DNA of 64,000 nucleotides from Malacoraja senta (lineage: Eukaryota): NCBI GenBank assembly GCA_038087875.1, contig CM075988.1:7628001-7692000 (forward strand), in the 5' to 3' direction. The notes below the pieces were generated by a model, which saw only the letters and a list, made by a program, of their open reading frames with translations, did not search any database and was not told where the DNA came from. Positions 60,257 through 64,000 of the stretch are shown here, one piece after another. Positions within the stretch are counted from its first letter, which is position 1. Each line of letters starts with the position of its first letter. Position numbers and translations under genes: made by a program.

Positions 60257-63200
60257 CTGCATTAATCCTACACAAATAACCCCCCACAATAATCCTACTC
60301 AACTACTCCCAGAATCTAACACTTGCCTACCATGAGGGGAACATTTATAGTGACCAATTAACCTACCAACCACATATTTCGGGGATGTGGGAGGATACCT
60401 TAATGCAAAATAATTCTGCCTTGCCTATTTGTTCATTTTTCCATATCTGAGCATTGTTGGCAAAGCCAGCATTCATTGTCCAATTGTAACTGCATCAGCA
60501 AAAGTGGTGGCGACCCATTGCAGTCTTCTGGTGAAGTGTCTCACACAGTTCTACAGGGGGGGGGGGGGCTTCCACGATCTAGTCTCGGGTAGACTGAAAT
60601 AACTACTTTAGTTTAGTTTAGTTTAGTTTATCATCTCCTGTACTAAGGTAGAGTGAAAAGCATTTGTTGTGTGCTAACCAGTCTGGAAAGACTATACACG
60701 AGTACAATCGAGCCGGCCACAGTGTACAGATACATGATAAAGGGAATAACATTTAGTGCAAGATAAAGTCCAATAAAAGGCAGTCCAAGGGTCTCCAGCG
60801 AGGTAGATCGGAGGTCAGGACCACTCTCTAGTAGTTGATAGGATGGTTCAGTTGCCTGATAACAGCTGGGAAGAAACTGTCCCTCAATCTGGAAATGTGC
60901 GTTTTCATGGACATGGTGTGCAAGAAGGAACTGCAGAAGTTGGTTTATACCGAAGATAGACACAAAATGATTTCAGACTTTGAACAAAGGTTCTGACTTG
61001 AAACGTCACCTATTCCTTTACTACAGAGATGCTCCCAGAGTTACTGCAGCATTTTGTGTCTATGAGGGATATAGCTTGGATAGATGGTCAGCGTCGTTTT
61101 CCCAGGGCAGTGGAGTCTAGAACGAGAGGGCACAGGTTTAAGGTGAGAGAGGAAAATTTCAAAGTAAAGCTGATGGGTGCGTTTTTCACATACAGGTTGG
61201 TGGCTATCTGATATGACAGAGGAGGTGTTAGAGGCAGATACAGTTATGCTGTTTAGAAAGAATTTGAACAAGTACTTAAACATGAAAGATGTGGATACAG
61301 ATCTAATGCAGGCCATTGGGATTCGCATGGATGGGCATCTGGCCAGCATGGATGAGCTGGGCTGAAAGGCCTCATTTGTGCTGTATGATACTGTGACTCT
61401 ATAATCTTTCAATCCCAAATCATTTAAAACATAGTTTGCCTTCCTATTCTTGTCCCAACAAAATGAATGGCATTGATTTTCAACATTTATGATCCATCTG
61501 ATCTTATCCATTAACGTAACCTGTATACATTGCCTATATTAATTGGATAGAAAAGGCTCAGAAGGCTACGGGCATAATACGATGAAATAGAATTAGACTT
61601 GATATTCAAACCATTGACGTGGGTGACAAGGTCCAGAATAGCCGTGCTTTTGTGCGGTATGATTCTGTGCATCAGTGTACTTTCCCCTTGATGCCTAAGG
61701 ACAGTTTTACCAGGGCTTCATACTTGGTAGAACACAGCCTTGATGTCATTATCACCTCATCTCACCTCAACATTTAACTCCTCGTCCATTCTGGGCATTA
61801 GTAAGCAAGTCGTTGATAAGTAGGGACAGTCTGGTAGTCCTGCTGGCAACACCTTCTATCACTTTACTCCCAATTGAGATTGGATTTATTTGGCAATGAT
61901 CAGCCAGATTGGATTTATCCTGCTTTGTGTGAAAGTTGTTCTTGACTATATTATTGTTCTTTATCTCCATTTTTCCCTTTCCCATTTATACTTTTTATTT
62001 CAGCTGCATATCTACTGGTGTCAAACAGTCAATGTAACGCCATAAGTGAGGTTACTTTCACCACATCTCATTGCCTCCATTCTTTAATGTGCAGTAAATA
62101 TCTTGGATTCATTCATTTCTTTCCCCTCACACCCACTCACTCTTATATATCTGAACCTTTAAAATTCTCGTCTGTGATTTTGAGTCCCTCAATACCTTCT
62201 GTAATCCCTTCTAACCCACCAGGAGCTTAATGCTTTTCCTATTCCAAGACTTCAATCATTTCAATGTTGGTGGATGTGTCTTCAGCTGTCAAGAACTGAA
62301 CTCTGTTATTCCTTTACAAACCTTTCCACTTTATTGTGCAAGACAACCTACATTTCTTTCGGTGCCAAATTTTGATTGATAACGCTTTTGAGGAGCACCT
62401 TGGGACCTGTTGCTACTTTAAAGTTGCTATATAAATGATGATGGTAGTTATTAAGCAGGCAGAGTTGGCAGTGTTAGTGAAAATTGTCAATCACTACTGA
62501 GCTATCAAAGTGTAAATGGAAGTAGATGAATGAGGACAGGGAAGAGAAGAAAAAAACATTGTTGGAACAGTGAGATACAGAACAGTTCGTGCATATCCAA
62601 ACTTCGTGAGAACCATGGAAATTCTGGTTGTGTCAATCACTCTCTATTCATCTCCAACCTCTTAGGGATATTCCCTCTGCTTCCCCTGCCCCTCTTCTCT
62701 ACAACTTAAAACTTCTTTGATTTCTAATATTCCTGGTTCTGGTTGAAAAGTCTTCAACATGAAGTGTTTGCATTGTCTATCCCTCCATCCATGCTGCCTG
62801 ACCTGCTAGTTCCTAATTTCTAATTTTATTTCATGACCTACTTATTGGATGTGAGGTTTTACCATTTGACGTGCTGTGTAGCTTTATAAGAACACCAATT
62901 ACATTTTGCATTAACACCATATAAAGGTGTCCACAATGTTTCCGTCACTGCTATTAGCTGTGCTTTTGATAAGGTCTTGTTATGGACCATGGAAGAGTAC
63001 AGCACAGGAACAGGACCTTTGGCCCACAGTGTCTGTGAAGAACATGATGTCAGGATGAGCTAATCTCACTTGCCTGCACATGCTCCATAGCCTACCATTC
63101 CGTGTAGGTGCGAGTCTATCCGAAAGTCATGATCACATCAGTTACTTATGCTGTCACATTGTGCGACTGCTAATATTGAGACACAGGCTACTCCAAAGTT

Positions 63201-63266
63201 CATGGGTTTGTGTATAGTGTTATTGGTATGTCGAGGGGGGTTTGTGTGAATTTTAACTTCAATGAA

Positions 63267-63580
63267 GGGGCAGCACAGTGATACAGCGTTAGAGTTGCTA
63301 TGCAGCGCCAGACATTGCAGTGCCAGAGGCCCCGGTTCAATCCTGACTATGGGTGCTGTCCATACGGAGTTTGTACGTTCTCACTGTGATCAAGTGGGTT
63401 TACTCCGGGTGCTTCGGTTTCCGCCCACACTCCAAAGTCATACACGTTTGTATGTTAATTTGGCTTCGGTAAAATTGTAAATTGTCCTTCGTGTGTAGGA
63501 TAATGTTAGTGTACGGGGTGATCGCTGGTCGGCGCGGACTCGGTGGGGCGGAGGGCCTGTTTCCGCACCATTTCTAAAGT
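63267..63580 (+). mobile_element. HE1-like V-SINE
   Basis: Head with B box GGTTCAATCC, V-domain, tail GAGGGCCTGTTTCCGC. Confidence 0.8.
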
Positions 63581-63581
63581 T

Positions 63582-64000
63582 CCGGAAGTGGCGGCGCTGC
63601 CAAGCAGCTGCGGCTCGCCTGCAGTCAGTCTGTCTTTCCCTTTTTTTGTTTTATTTTGTCTTGTTAGATGTATGTTTTAGTTTATTTTTAGTTATGTATG
63701 TGTGGGGGGGTGGGGGAAACTTTTTTTAACCTCTTCCTTCAACGGGGATGCGACCTTTTCTTTGTCGTATCTCAGTCTCCGTCTGCGCTGAGGCCTAATA
63801 TCGTGGAGCTGGCGGCCTCCAACTGGAACCGACCTCGAGGCTCCGGTGCCAGAGCCTGTGGACTCACCATCGCGAAGCTGGCCGACTTCGGGGCTGTGGT
63901 GGCGCTGTGGCTGCGGCCCGACTTCAGAGCTTCGGAGGCTTCGGCCGCGGGCCCTGTGGACGGTAACATCGGGAGCTCGCAGGTCCCAGGTTGGTGACCG
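63582..64000 (+). other. CpG-rich segment, probably the 5' part of a young interspersed repeat, running off the window
   Basis: Abrupt switch to CpG-rich sequence starting CCGGAAGTGGCGGCG directly after a SINE tail; no recognisable ORF. Confidence 0.4.

Noticed and set aside
1625..62810. Recurrent 30-40 bp palindromic motifs suggesting a CRISPR-like array
   Set aside because: Irregular spacing, both orientations, divergent copies and eukaryotic context; explained by PLE-derived repeats.

Overview
Eukaryotic, repeat-dense, apparently non-coding window. The repeat content (HE1-like V-SINEs sharing a tail with CR1/HER1-like LINEs, abundant Penelope-like remnants) suggests a cartilaginous fish, probably a skate or ray; this is inference. 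I recognise no host protein-coding exon, so the window is probably a large intron or intergenic. The only substantial coding sequence is a full-length but decayed Ty3/Gypsy LTR retrotransposon on the minus strand (20211-24591). It has two LTRs, a TSD, a tRNA-Trp PBS, a PPT, gag-pol with a -1 frameshift signal, and it is nested in a Rex1/Babar LINE tail. The rest is a mosaic of CR1, Rex1/Babar, Vingi and RTE fragments, V-SINEs, a young CORE-type SINE, PIF/Harbinger MITEs and more than 20 Penelope-derived short repeats carrying a minimal hammerhead-ribozyme-like core, separated by unique AT-rich blocks that may be conserved non-coding elements. The most unusual object is a 655-bp GC-rich, TIR-bounded insertion at 18964-19618. 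It is one long imperfect fold-back whose arm differences are strongly skewed toward G-U wobble pairs on the minus strand, and it carries SINE-head sequence in both arms. Boundaries of degraded repeats are approximate and were set by eye.
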